Shown here: piece by piece, positions 40,872 to 50,557 of the stretch
How the letters are laid out: every line of letters starts with the position of its first letter
Position numbering within the stretch: the first letter of the stretch is position 1
Origin: Chloroflexota bacterium
GTDB taxonomy: Bacteria; Chloroflexota; UBA11872; VXOZ01
Assembly: GCA_964291655.2 (NCBI GenBank)
Contig: OZ219802.1
Location: forward strand, 1,504,001 to 1,568,000
Direction of reading: 5' to 3'
Length of the DNA: 64,000 nucleotides
The notes under the pieces: model-generated
Databases searched by the model: none
What the model was told of the DNA's origin: nothing
The model's input: the letters and a program-made list of their open reading frames with translations, nothing else
Translations under genes and position numbers: made by a program

Positions 40872-41972
40872 GTGAATGAGATGGCTACGCCAGCAAATCA
40901 GTTTAAGCCGGACTATGCAGTTCCGCCGGGCTGGGTATTGGAAGAATATCTTGCAACAAAGGGGTTCTCTCAAGCTGAATTCGCGCGCCGCTGTGGCCGC
41001 TCCGCAAAATTTATCAGCGAATTAGTCTCCGGCATAGCCCCACTTACTCCTGAGACTGCTCTTCAATTGGAAAGGGTTCTTGGGCTCGACGCTACGATTT
41101 GGCTTGGAATTGAGGCCGACTACAGGCTGCACAGAGCACAGGAGGCAGATAGATTACGTGCAAGAGAATTCATTGAATGGTCGAAAAAGTTTCCCGTTAA
41201 GGACTTGGTGAAGCGAGGCTTCGTTGAGAACACGGCCTCTAACGCGAGCACCGTTTCAGAGATTCTCTCACTCTTTGGTGTTGCATCGTTTGAAGCATGG
41301 CAGACCAAGAGTAGTGAGTTGAGTGTCGCTTACAAACACTCCCCAAGTTTCAAAAGTGATCCAATTGTCTTGGCTACATGGCTTCGTCTTGGCGAGCTGA
41401 ATGCAGCAGAAGAAGTATGCGCTTACTACAAAAAGACTGAATTCAGGCGAGCTCTGGGAAGCATCCGTGAGCTTACGCGAAAGCCTTTTGATGAAGCATT
41501 GGCGGAAGCTCGCGACCTTTGCAGTCTTGCGGGCGTGGCGTTAGTTCTTGTAGAGCCATTCTCAAGAATGGCAGTAAGTGGTGCTGCTCGCTGGTTATCG
41601 CCAAACAAGGCCCTGATTCAACTGAGTGCACGCCACAAGTCCGACGACCACTTTTGGTTTAGCTTGTTTCATGAGGCGGCCCATTTGCTCCTTCATAGTA
41701 AGAAGCATATCTATGTCGATGCCAACAAAGGCACGAATACAGACATTGAAGCCGATGCCGACGATTGGGCGAGCAGTTTCCTAATACCTGACGACGAGTG
41801 GGAACAGTTCGCTGGCTTGCCTAACCATAGTAAATCCGCCGTGCGAGAGTTCGCGGCAGGCCAAGGCATTGCGCCAGGCATCGTTGTAGGCCGACTTCAG
41901 CACGAAAAGATCGTGCCCTGGAAAAACTTAAATGACCTAAAAGTCAAGCTAGAGTGGCGGGACGATTCCTAA
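40872..41972 (+). CDS. HigA-type HTH antitoxin fused to an ImmA/IrrE-like metallopeptidase
   Basis: VPPG.VLEE...SQAEFARR HTH, FWFSLFHEAAH (HExxH), EADAD and PGIVVGRLQ. Confidence 0.88.
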   Translation: MNEMATPANQFKPDYAVPPGWVLEEYLATKGFSQAEFARRCGRSAKFISELVSGIAPLTPETALQLERVLGLDATIWLGIEADYRLHRAQEADRLRAREFIEWSKKFPVKDLVKRGFVENTASNASTVSEILSLFGVASFEAWQTKSSELSVAYKHSPSFKSDPIVLATWLRLGELNAAEEVCAYYKKTEFRRALGSIRELTRKPFDEALAEARDLCSLAGVALVLVEPFSRMAVSGAARWLSPNKALIQLSARHKSDDHFWFSLFHEAAHLLLHSKKHIYVDANKGTNTDIEADADDWASSFLIPDDEWEQFAGLPNHSKSAVREFAAGQGIAPGIVVGRLQHEKIVPWKNLNDLKVKLEWRDDS

Positions 41973-42005
41973 GAGACGGTGAAGACACGGCTCGCCACTA
42001 TGGGT

Positions 42006-42485
42006 CTAAGTGGAGTAACGCGGTAGGCCAGCTGAGTTGAGAATGGCCTCTTCCTGCGCGCGCATCTTCGTATAGGCGGCATCTTGGTCATGCGTGTGCC
42101 CAAGCAGATGCAGGAAACCGTGGACGAACAGGTAGGCGAGTTCACGCTCTTCGCTGTGGCCGTATTCTGCCGCCTGGGTCTGCACCCGCGCCAATGAAAT
42201 CGCGATATCCCCCAAGTATTCGCGATTCTCCGGCGGTAGCGCAGGATTGCAACCTGCGTCCGGGGACTGCGCATCCCTGTGGGCAAATGAGAGCACGTCT
42301 GTAGGCTCATCCTTGCCGCGGTAGGTACGGTTGAGTTCCTGCAGGCGCGCGTCGCTCGTTAGCAATACCGTGACTTCGACCGACGCAGCGGTGCCCGTAG
42401 CAACGCGAGCCGCGGTGAACAGACGCTTGAGCAGCGCCGCTATGTCTGGACGTTCTTCCACATCTTCCCAGAGGACTGTCAACAT
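42006..42485 (-). CDS. ybeY: rRNA maturation RNase YbeY
   Basis: LNRTYRGKDEPTDVLSF, LGDIAIS and HGFLHLLGHTH. Confidence 0.93.
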   Translation of the reverse strand: MLTVLWEDVEERPDIAALLKRLFTAARVATGTAASVEVTVLLTSDARLQELNRTYRGKDEPTDVLSFAHRDAQSPDAGCNPALPPENREYLGDIAISLARVQTQAAEYGHSEERELAYLFVHGFLHLLGHTHDQDAAYTKMRAQEEAILNSAGLPRYST

Positions 42486-42562
42486 CGCACGTACATTCAT
42501 CCATCGGAGAAAGTGGTAGAGATACTGATGAAGTGTCCCCTTCTCGGGAAAGTGCCCGCGTA

Positions 42563-43297
42563 TTAGTTCCGCGTTGGTCGCGGTTCCCTTAAGAGGCGCC
42601 ACCGCAACCGCAGCACCTCTCGCATGGCGCGCAGGATAACGCGCAGGCTGCCGCCGGTATTCTCGCCGGCGTGGCGTGGCAAGTGGCTGATCGAAACTTC
42701 GCCGACACCGAAACCGGCGCGCTTGGCTTGGACAAGAAACTCGGTGTTGAAGACCGCGCCTGCCGCCTTGATGTCAAGCGTCTCCACCACCTCACGCCGA
42801 AAGATCTTGGAGCCGCAGTCCACATCATGCACCACAAAGCCAAAGAGAATTCGATTGAGTACATTCCAAAGCAGTGCGAAAAACAGGCGGTGAGAAGGGT
42901 CTTGGCGCTGCACGCGGTGGCCGACCACCACGTCGTAGGTATCCAGTGCCTTGAGCATGGGCACAATATCGGCCGTGCGATACTGTGTGTCGGCGTCGCG
43001 CCAGCCGACGATCTCCCATTGTGCAGCCTTGAGGCCCGCCCAAATCGCGGAACCATAGCCGCGAATAGGTTGGTGGATCAGCCGGACGCGGGCATTCGCA
43101 GATTGAATCTGTCGTACGATCTCCACGGTATTGTCGGTACTGTCGTTGTCGACGACAATGACCTCATAGTCGTGCGCGACCCGCTGTAGGGTTTGCACAC
43201 AGTCGCCTATTGTAGCCGCAATATTGTCTGCCTCGTTCAGTGCAGGCAGCACGAGGGAGACGGTCAGGGAAGGTTGCTGCGGAGTCTTCATTGACAT
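42563..43297 (-). CDS. GT2 family glycosyltransferase (DPM synthase-like)
   Basis: LPALNE, VDNDSTD, GYG, DAD and DVDCG.K. Confidence 0.9.
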   Translation of the reverse strand: MSMKTPQQPSLTVSLVLPALNEADNIAATIGDCVQTLQRVAHDYEVIVVDNDSTDNTVEIVRQIQSANARVRLIHQPIRGYGSAIWAGLKAAQWEIVGWRDADTQYRTADIVPMLKALDTYDVVVGHRVQRQDPSHRLFFALLWNVLNRILFGFVVHDVDCGSKIFRREVVETLDIKAAGAVFNTEFLVQAKRAGFGVGEVSISHLPRHAGENTGGSLRVILRAMREVLRLRWRLLREPRPTRN

Positions 43298-43902
43298 ATG
43301 CGGGCGTTGCTTCGCTTCCTTTTCTTAGTAGGCACCGAGATTTCTTGATGCGACACGTTAAGCCATCGCTGTCACGCTCGTTGGCAGTAGACCCATCTCA
43401 TCCGACAACACCGGTTGGCGTCCAACTGAACGTCTCTCCGTAATGGCGACGTTTTGCGCACGTTGCCGGTTTGCAATGATTATCTTGCGCTTTAACGACC
43501 GTCAGGCCTTTTTTGCGCCCAGAACCCAGGGTGCGATCAACTCGCAGCGCGGCAGGAGGTCTTAAGTACAGTATAAGCCGAACTCGGCCTCGTGACACAG
43601 GAGAAACGCCCCGTCCCTCAAAATGCCGCCAAATCGACACTCATCTTGGCACCGCGAGGCGCCTGAGCTTGCAGGTCCTGGCATATCAGGCCGGCCACGA
43701 CAGACTCCGGTCGCATGCCGGCGTGCCTCATGACGCCCGTGAAAACGACAAGGAATGCAAAATTCTGCCGTGGGCCGCTTGGCAGCATCAGTCGTCTCAC
43801 ACGAAGCAAGACTGAGTTATTCGCGGTACATGCACCTCTTGCAAGCCCGCGCCTGCTGCAAGACTCACCTCGCGTCGATGACTGGCCCCGGGGATTAAAC
43901 CG

Positions 43903-43932
43903 ACACCGGCCCTTGGGGGAAAGGGCCGGTGT
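43903..43932 (-). other. 12-bp perfect hairpin with a C-rich loop (possible sRNA 3' hairpin or terminator)
   Basis: Minus strand ACACCGGCCCTT-TCCCCC-AAGGGCCGGTGT followed by CGGTTTAAT. Confidence 0.65.
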
Positions 43933-44108
43933 GGGGTGGTGCGAACAGGAGGAGCATTCAGGAGGCAAGCAAGTTTAGTGAACCATCTGGACATGAATAT
44001 CTCGGAATCCGTAGTTGGCACTGGGCGTGGGTGAGTGGCAGTACACCTGGAGCGACGTTACCGTTCCGAGAAGAGAAGGGTGCAGTATGTGTGCGTCCAC
44101 TTAACGAC

Positions 44109-44145
44109 AAAAGAGCTTCCTCGGCTTTGCCAGCCTAAAGCTCTT
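44109..44145 (-). terminator. Intrinsic terminator forming the riboswitch expression platform
   Basis: Minus strand AAGAGCTTTAGGCTGGCAAAGCCGAGGAAGCTCTTTT, overlapping the aptamer 3' tail. Confidence 0.7.
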
Positions 44146-44258
44146 CCTATCGCCTGCGAGGTTAGCTGTCGGGTTAGGGTGGAAAGAGTCACCCTCCGCA
44201 CGACTGCGGTTCACCCCAATTGCCGGGTCCCCCGCTCCATTTAAGGATTTGGCGCATT
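44141..44258 (-). ncRNA. Cyclic di-AMP (ydaO/yuaA) riboswitch
   Basis: Minus strand GCGCCAAATCC...GGAGCGGGGGACCC...TGGGGTGAACC...AGGGTGACTCTTTCCACCCTAACCCGACAGCTAACCTCGCAGGC matches the ydaO hallmark motifs. Confidence 0.92.
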
Positions 44259-44272
44259 ACTACGGTAAATTC

Positions 44273-44301
44273 ACCGTACCACAACAGTTTTTGGTACGCA
44301 A
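44273..44301 (-). promoter_or_regulatory. Putative sigma70 promoter for the riboswitch transcript
   Basis: Minus strand TTGCGT-N17-TACGGT with an extended TG, just upstream of the aptamer. Confidence 0.5.
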
Positions 44302-44419
44302 GAGTTTGAACGCATAATCTTCAGATTTTCCGTGTGCAATTCTGTGATAGAACAGCCGGCAGAGTCAAGACCGCAGAAACCAATTGCCGAGTCTTCACAG
44401 ATGCAACGATTCTACGCGG

Positions 44420-46018
44420 CTAAGAATCCAAGTAGACTCGATTCAGCCATGGTCGCGCCGTAGCGGAGAGTTGTACGTCACGCACCCAAGGCTTGATGAG
44501 TACACACTCCTTGCCGTGCCACAGCGGTGTCACGGGCGCATCCAACGCAATGCGCTGTTCGATTTCCCCGATTGTCGCTCTTCTCCGGCCTTTGTCTTGC
44601 TCTCCCCGTGCTTGGAGCAGCAGTGCGTCAACTTCCGGGCTGCGGTAGCCACTGTAATTCGTCAGACTTGTCGAGCGGAAGAGCGGATCGAGGAGAGCTT
44701 GCGGATCAGGATAGTCGGCTTGCCGCGTGAATAGGAAGAGCTGATAGGGATTCTCACGGCTTTCAAGGTTGCCGACGAATGTGGCCCAGGGCTCGCGCTG
44801 GATGCGGACTCGTATGCCGAGATGCTCCTGAAACATATTGATCAACGCCGTCATGGTAGGCGGCGTCGGGCCGCGCGTGCCCGGTACAGTAAACGTGACC
44901 TCCGGCAGGTTGCTGGCATCGCGATACCGGGAATCCGCCAGCGCCTGCCTCGCCTTGAAAATGTCAAAGTCCACGGTTTCAGCGTCGCCGTTGTGCGTCA
45001 GCGAAGGTGGGAGGAGCGAAGTTGCCTTGCCCACGGTATTGGAGAATACTTGCTCAACGATGGCCGCACGGTCAATGGCAAAGGCAAATGCCTGACGCAC
45101 GCCCTCGTCATCGAAGGGCGGAATGCGGTTGTTCATGGCGAGAAACGTCATCTCGAGAGCATCGTGGATAACCAAGTCTTTATGTAAAGGATTATTCCTA
45201 TCAAGCACTGCCGCAATGTCGTTCGCGTCAACGTACAGAATGTCCAGGGAACCGTCAGCATAGCCGCTCAGGGATTGCGCACCAACCCTACCGGTGATCT
45301 CAATCCGATCCAGCAGCGGCTCGAATCCATAGAAGCCTTCACTCCGTGCCAAGGTCAATAATTCGCCGGGAACCCAATCTACAACAGCAAACGGGCCGCT
45401 GCCCTGCGGCGATGCACCGTTCCCTAACCCAGAGGGCGCCTGGACATACGTGGTCGGGTGTGTGAGTTTTGTGGGGAATGTAAGATCGGGCTCGATGAGG
45501 TCTATTTCGAGCGTGCGCGCATTGACGGCGCGGACACCGCTTATGTCCTGGGCGACTTCATTGCGGTACTGAGCAAAACCCACAATATTGCCGAGGAATA
45601 GTCGCGCCCGCGGCGACTCGAATCGAGGATCAAGGAGGTACTCCCACGTATCCTTGATGTGAGCGGCAACGAGTTGCTCTCCATCGTGAAAGCGGAGACC
45701 CGGACGCAAAGGAAATTGATACGTGCGGCTATCTGCTGACATCGACCAACGCTGCGCTAAGTCAGGGATTGGATCCCCTTCAGCATTCAGCGCAACCAGT
45801 CCGCTGTACACGTGGGCCGCTAACTGGGCGTTGAGATCGGATTGCAGCGTCGCCGGGTCAAGCTCGTTCGGCAGTGGCATTTGGATGCGCAATGTCCCGC
45901 CGGACTTATCGTCACCACAGCCGGTGAGCAAAGGTGTCAGAAACCCCGCAAGAATGCTTGCGAGCACCGTGCGGCGTTGCACTAAACGATTCTCCTTGCA
46001 GGAGCGCATCGCGGCCAC
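44420..46018 (-). CDS. Peptide ABC transporter substrate-binding lipoprotein (OppA/SBP family 5)
   Basis: Lipobox LTGC, LDP, GLV...PDLA..W, FHDG, GSGPF, VRQAFAFAIDR and ADYPDP. The true start may be slightly downstream. Confidence 0.9.
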   Translation of the reverse strand: MAAMRSCKENRLVQRRTVLASILAGFLTPLLTGCGDDKSGGTLRIQMPLPNELDPATLQSDLNAQLAAHVYSGLVALNAEGDPIPDLAQRWSMSADSRTYQFPLRPGLRFHDGEQLVAAHIKDTWEYLLDPRFESPRARLFLGNIVGFAQYRNEVAQDISGVRAVNARTLEIDLIEPDLTFPTKLTHPTTYVQAPSGLGNGASPQGSGPFAVVDWVPGELLTLARSEGFYGFEPLLDRIEITGRVGAQSLSGYADGSLDILYVDANDIAAVLDRNNPLHKDLVIHDALEMTFLAMNNRIPPFDDEGVRQAFAFAIDRAAIVEQVFSNTVGKATSLLPPSLTHNGDAETVDFDIFKARQALADSRYRDASNLPEVTFTVPGTRGPTPPTMTALINMFQEHLGIRVRIQREPWATFVGNLESRENPYQLFLFTRQADYPDPQALLDPLFRSTSLTNYSGYRSPEVDALLLQARGEQDKGRRRATIGEIEQRIALDAPVTPLWHGKECVLIKPWVRDVQLSATARPWLNRVYLDS

Positions 46019-46421
46019 TGCGCCGCTCCCTGGTTTCGTAATGTCATGGATGATTCTCTCTCTAGGCTTGTTCGCCCTTCACTCCCGCACGCAAAGGCTT
46101 CCCGCAGTTCACTTGCGTCAAGGAGGACCGCAACGTGCGGGGCCCTGCAATCACACGGCACCGGACCCAATGGGGTGCGACCTAGGATAAACTCGTTTGC
46201 TGCAAGTCTACAGGTCGCATGTTCGGCATCCGAGAACGCCATGTCCCTATGCACTCAACCGGATTCAACCAAAACTGGAGCACACATTCAGCGTGGATTC
46301 CGAATCCTCCGAGCGGTACATACAGGGATGTTTCCGATCGATGCCCTCATAGAGCACGGAATCTATCCCCTCTCGTATAATATGCGTTGAGAACCCATGC
46401 TGTCGAGAGGAGGAGTTCCGG

Positions 46422-47363
46422 ATGCGCTATCGAACGTTAGGTCGCACTGGCTTAGAGGTTTCACTGCTCGGCATTGGAACCGGAGGACCCAGCAACTTTG
46501 GGCAGAGCTCCGGTGTGCCGGAGGCCGACATTCATCGCCTGGTGCGGCGGGCGCTCGACGAAGGGGTGAACATCTTCGACTCTGCCGCCGGGTACCGAGA
46601 CAGCGAGGCCATCCTGGGACGGGCGCTCAAAGGCGTGCCGCGCGATCGCTACTACCTGGCGACGAAGTTCACGCCGGAGCGAGATGGCGCGGTCGCCACG
46701 CCGGATGACGTGGTGGCTTCGGTAGAGCGCAGCCTCAGTCGCTTGCAAACGGATTCCGTCGAGGTACTTCAGTTCCACGGCGTACGCCCGCAGCAATACC
46801 GCGCGGTGATGGAACGCTTGCTGCCAACGGTGCTGAAGCTGCAAGAACAGGGCAAGTGCCGCTGGATTGGCATCACTGAGCAATACGGAGAAGACGGCGG
46901 GCACGAAACGCTGCAGATGGCGCTGAAGGACAACCACTTCGACACAGCCATGGTCGGCTACAACATGCTCAATCAAAGCGCCGATAGTCTCGTATATCCG
47001 CAATGCCTGGAACACAATGTGGGGGTTTTCATCATGTTTGCCGTACGGCGCGTCCTCGCCGTGCCGGCGCGCCTGGAACAGACGGTTGCAGACCTGAAGC
47101 AGCGCGGTCTGGTGGCCGCGGACGCCGTACCTCCTTCTGCACCCCTCGATTGGCTGATCCACGGCAACGTGGATTCCATACCGAGCGCGGCGTACAAGTT
47201 CACGGCGATGCATCCCGCCGTGAGCACGGTGTTGAGCGGCACCGCCAATCTGGAGCACTTTGAAAACAACCTGCGGGCGCTTGAAGATCCCACGCTGCCG
47301 GATGCCGACTACGCGCGTTTGCATGCACTCTTTGGCAATGTCACTGATCCCATTGGGAACTAG
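46422..47363 (+). CDS. Aldo/keto reductase
   Basis: RTLGRTGLEVS.LG.G, FDSAAGY, ATK and SLSRLQTD; RBS AGGAGGAG. Confidence 0.92.
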   Translation: MRYRTLGRTGLEVSLLGIGTGGPSNFGQSSGVPEADIHRLVRRALDEGVNIFDSAAGYRDSEAILGRALKGVPRDRYYLATKFTPERDGAVATPDDVVASVERSLSRLQTDSVEVLQFHGVRPQQYRAVMERLLPTVLKLQEQGKCRWIGITEQYGEDGGHETLQMALKDNHFDTAMVGYNMLNQSADSLVYPQCLEHNVGVFIMFAVRRVLAVPARLEQTVADLKQRGLVAADAVPPSAPLDWLIHGNVDSIPSAAYKFTAMHPAVSTVLSGTANLEHFENNLRALEDPTLPDADYARLHALFGNVTDPIGN

Positions 47364-47397
47364 CCTTGTAGCCGGCGCAGGTTCCCATGGTATCGAC

Positions 47398-48291
47398 TTA
47401 CTCCCAACGGCCCAGGTGCGGCAGTGGTCTCGTAATCGCCAGCATAGGGCGCGCAAGTGTCGGTGCAGTGGCTAGCGGTGTCTCTTCCCCCCCGCCAGGG
47501 GATTGTAAGCCCCAATTATCCTTGTAGAGCAGGAAGACGGCTGGAATAAGCAGTGGACGGATAAGCTGAATTGCAGCCCATGTGAGGTCTGGCAGGGCGA
47601 CGAGGAGCAAGGCTCGCGTAGCATGCGGGAGGGCGAGCAGCAGCCCACCGCCTACCAGGCCGAGGGGAATCGCGATAGGTGCGCTAGCAAGGACAAGCGT
47701 ACTCATGCACACCCAGAACGAGCGCCCGCTCAGCCGCCAGGACTCGACGGTCGCAAGCGTTCCCGGCAGATCACCGTGCACGGCAAAGAAGGGCGCCAGC
47801 ATAGTGCGCGTGTGAATGGCAAGCGCCACGCCACCTGCAGCAATCCACCAGAATCCATCTGCAAAAGGTTGGACGCCATCCCCCAGCGGGATTATGTCCT
47901 TCTGTCTGGCATGCAGCCAGACGAGCGCACTGAACGGAATCCAGAACATGAGGCTGGTATGGGCATTCGTCCAAAGGTAGCGAAACACCCAATGCAGCGC
48001 AATTCTGCTCGCTTGTACCACACCTATTGCGCGTCCCTGCGCGTGATACGCCACCAGCACCATAACTACTAGCGTGCCAAGTACGACAGTAAGCGAGCGC
48101 AGGAAGTAGAGCAGCACTTGCTGCCAGCCGTTAGGTTCAGGAATGAGCACGGTCAGTGCGGCTACGAGGAGCGCTGGCGAAACATACAATGCGGTTAGGC
48201 GTCCGTAGGTGGCGATGTGAGGACGCACCAATGAAATGCCTCTTGCAAAGTATTGCGCTGCCAACCGCCATGCAGCAAAGAAGGTATCCAT
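47398..48291 (-). CDS. Integral membrane protein of unknown function
   Basis: About six hydrophobic segments; plausible ATG. Confidence 0.7.
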   Translation of the reverse strand: MDTFFAAWRLAAQYFARGISLVRPHIATYGRLTALYVSPALLVAALTVLIPEPNGWQQVLLYFLRSLTVVLGTLVVMVLVAYHAQGRAIGVVQASRIALHWVFRYLWTNAHTSLMFWIPFSALVWLHARQKDIIPLGDGVQPFADGFWWIAAGGVALAIHTRTMLAPFFAVHGDLPGTLATVESWRLSGRSFWVCMSTLVLASAPIAIPLGLVGGGLLLALPHATRALLLVALPDLTWAAIQLIRPLLIPAVFLLYKDNWGLQSPGGGEETPLATAPTLARPMLAITRPLPHLGRWE

Positions 48292-48474
48292 CTCTTACGT
48301 CGTCCTCGTGTGCCTTAGAAGGACAACTGTCCTACCGTAAGAGTAGCACAAGGCCGGAGTACGCGGACACATGCGCAGTGTCGCGGCGTTTCTTGCACGA
48401 GTTACAGAGAGCGCTCCGGCGAATCCTCGCGGCAACCGTGAATGCGCCTCCTGCATAGGGCATGAGTGTAGACC

Positions 48475-48850
48475 TTAGGCCGGATCATTTGCCCTGTTTA
48501 TGCGTTGCATTATCTCCGATAGCCGCGACCAACTTTGCAGAGTTACCGGCAGCACCAAAGCGGAATCAATGAACTCCCATGAATAGCTGATGATGGAAAA
48601 GATCCTGCCGACGGTGATTTCCATGTTCGTTGCCGCGAACCAGAGATTGAAGAGGATGAGGCCAAGCATCGCGGTGTAGATTGCGCCGTAGACGTAGGCT
48701 TCCGTGTCCGACAACCTAATCCCGACTCTCCGTATCTTGTTTAAATGGGACAGAATACCCTCGGGATGCGCTGACTCCAGAATGCGGACTTGCTGCTCCG
48801 TCTGCTGGTTGTACGCGGCATTCAAGCGATAGAACCGCCGGGGCCCCGGG
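48475..48850 (-). pseudogene. C-terminal remnant of an ABC six-TM-domain-like protein
   Basis: LN..YN.Q.EQQV..L...IRLSDTEA, two TMs and SRLSEI. The upstream part of the ORF looks non-coding. Confidence 0.45.
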
Positions 48851-48964
48851 TGGTTGTTGGCCCACGGAACGGCTATGGTATCGTGAAGCCGGTGCTGGTC
48901 GCAGACCGCTTTGAAAAAGACGGCCGCATCGCAGTCCCACAAAAATACCCCCTTCAGAATCTGA

Positions 48965-50257
48965 GTGAGTGTGCGATTGATGACGAAGACCACTGAAAAT
49001 AACGAAACTAACAGAGAGCCAACAACGCCGCCGGGTCAGCCGCGTATGCGGCCCTGTGTGGTTGTGCACTATCACGAAGTGGGCCTGAAGGGCCGCAACC
49101 GGCCGTTCTTTTTGAGTACGCTGGAAGAAAACCTGCGCCAAGGTACCGCGGGCTTGGGTGTAAAGCAAATCGAGCGTGCCAGCGGACGCATTCTCCTGTG
49201 GCTGGAGCCGGACGCACCCTGGGAGCCGTTGCGCGCTCGCATCGCGCGGGTTTTTGGGGTCGTGAACTTCGCACGCGGGTATGCCGTGCAACCGGTTCTC
49301 GATACCCTCATCCGGAGCGTGGTGCATCGGTTACCGGAAGCGAATTCCTTCAAGACATTCGCCGTACGCGCGCGCCGTGCATTCAAGGACCTCCCGCTTT
49401 CCTCGCGGGAAATAGCGGTCAACTTAGGCGCGGCAGTGCAGGCGGCGAGTGGGGCGGGCGTGAATCTCAGCGCGCCGGATATGACGATCTACGTCGAAGT
49501 GCTGCCGCAGTATGCCCTGTTCTTCTTTGACAAAATACGCGGCCCCGGCGGACTGCCGGTTGGCTGCAGCGCGCCGGTCACGGTGCTACTCTCCGGCGGC
49601 ATCGATTCGCCCGTGGCCGCCTGCCGCATGTTGAAACGCGGTTCCCGTGCCGTGCTCGTGCACTTTCATTCCTTCCCGTATCTCAACAACGCCTCGCAGG
49701 AGAAGGCACGCGAGTTGTCGCAAGTGATACGTGGTTACCAAGGGGATACTGTGCTCTACCTGGTCCCATTGGGTGAGATTCAGCGCCAGATCGTGGTTGC
49801 GTGCCCCGCGCCTTACCGCGTTGTGCTCTACCGGCGTTTCATGGTGCGCATTGCAGAGGAGTTGGGCAAACGGCACGGCACGCAGGCGCTGGTAACCGGC
49901 GACAGCCTGGGCCAAGTCGCCTCGCAGACCATCGAAAATCTTACCGCCATCGATGACGCCGCCACACAGATCATCCTGCGCCCGCTCGTCGGCATGGATA
50001 AGCAGGAAATTGCCGATGAAGCCGAACGCATTGGCTCCTACGCCATCTCGATCCAGCCCGATCAGGACTGTTGCGCGCTCTTCGTGCCTGCCAATCCATC
50101 CATACACACGGACCTCAATGGCATCCGCAAGGCCGAATCTGTATTGGACGTAGAGTCGCTCGTGCGGCAAGGCATCGCCGAAGCGGAGATTGTGGAATAC
50201 TGGCAAGGAGACACCAAGTCTGCTGCCGTGCAGAAGAAGAGTTCATTGTCTGTGTAA
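48965..50257 (+). CDS. thiI: tRNA 4-thiouridine(8) synthase (THUMP plus PP-loop, no rhodanese domain)
   Basis: YHEVGLKGRNR, GPGGLPVG, LSGGIDSPVA, GDSLGQVASQT and DCC. The real start is likely 48980 or later. Confidence 0.93.
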   Translation: MSVRLMTKTTENNETNREPTTPPGQPRMRPCVVVHYHEVGLKGRNRPFFLSTLEENLRQGTAGLGVKQIERASGRILLWLEPDAPWEPLRARIARVFGVVNFARGYAVQPVLDTLIRSVVHRLPEANSFKTFAVRARRAFKDLPLSSREIAVNLGAAVQAASGAGVNLSAPDMTIYVEVLPQYALFFFDKIRGPGGLPVGCSAPVTVLLSGGIDSPVAACRMLKRGSRAVLVHFHSFPYLNNASQEKARELSQVIRGYQGDTVLYLVPLGEIQRQIVVACPAPYRVVLYRRFMVRIAEELGKRHGTQALVTGDSLGQVASQTIENLTAIDDAATQIILRPLVGMDKQEIADEAERIGSYAISIQPDQDCCALFVPANPSIHTDLNGIRKAESVLDVESLVRQGIAEAEIVEYWQGDTKSAAVQKKSSLSV

Positions 50258-50290
50258 ATTGAAACATACGTAGCTAGTCAGTTTGAAGTA

Positions 50291-50527
50291 ATGAAAATCA
50301 GCTATGACCCTGAGGCAGACGCGCTCTACATCCGCCTCATCGAGGGCAGACAGGAGTGCCGCACGCTGCGGCTGAATGAAGAAGCGGCCCTCAATGTCGG
50401 CCCTGGAGAGGTACTCGTCGGCATTGAGCTTCTCGATGCGTCACACGTGCTGGGAGATGGTGAGGCGCCGGCTGTGGACCTGATAAACGTGAAGGCAACC
50501 GCCGAAGCGACCGTAAAGAGCCAGTAG
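50291..50527 (+). CDS. DUF2283 family protein
   Basis: MKISYDPEADALYI...LVGIELLDAS. Confidence 0.85.
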   Translation: MKISYDPEADALYIRLIEGRQECRTLRLNEEAALNVGPGEVLVGIELLDASHVLGDGEAPAVDLINVKATAEATVKSQ

Positions 50528-50557
50528 CCGACTTGTCGGCCGCGCCCGGCGGGAGCG

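Noticed and set aside
43300-43890. Short ORFs between the riboswitch region and GT2
   Set aside because: No recognisable domains, RBS or coding-like composition; left unannotated.
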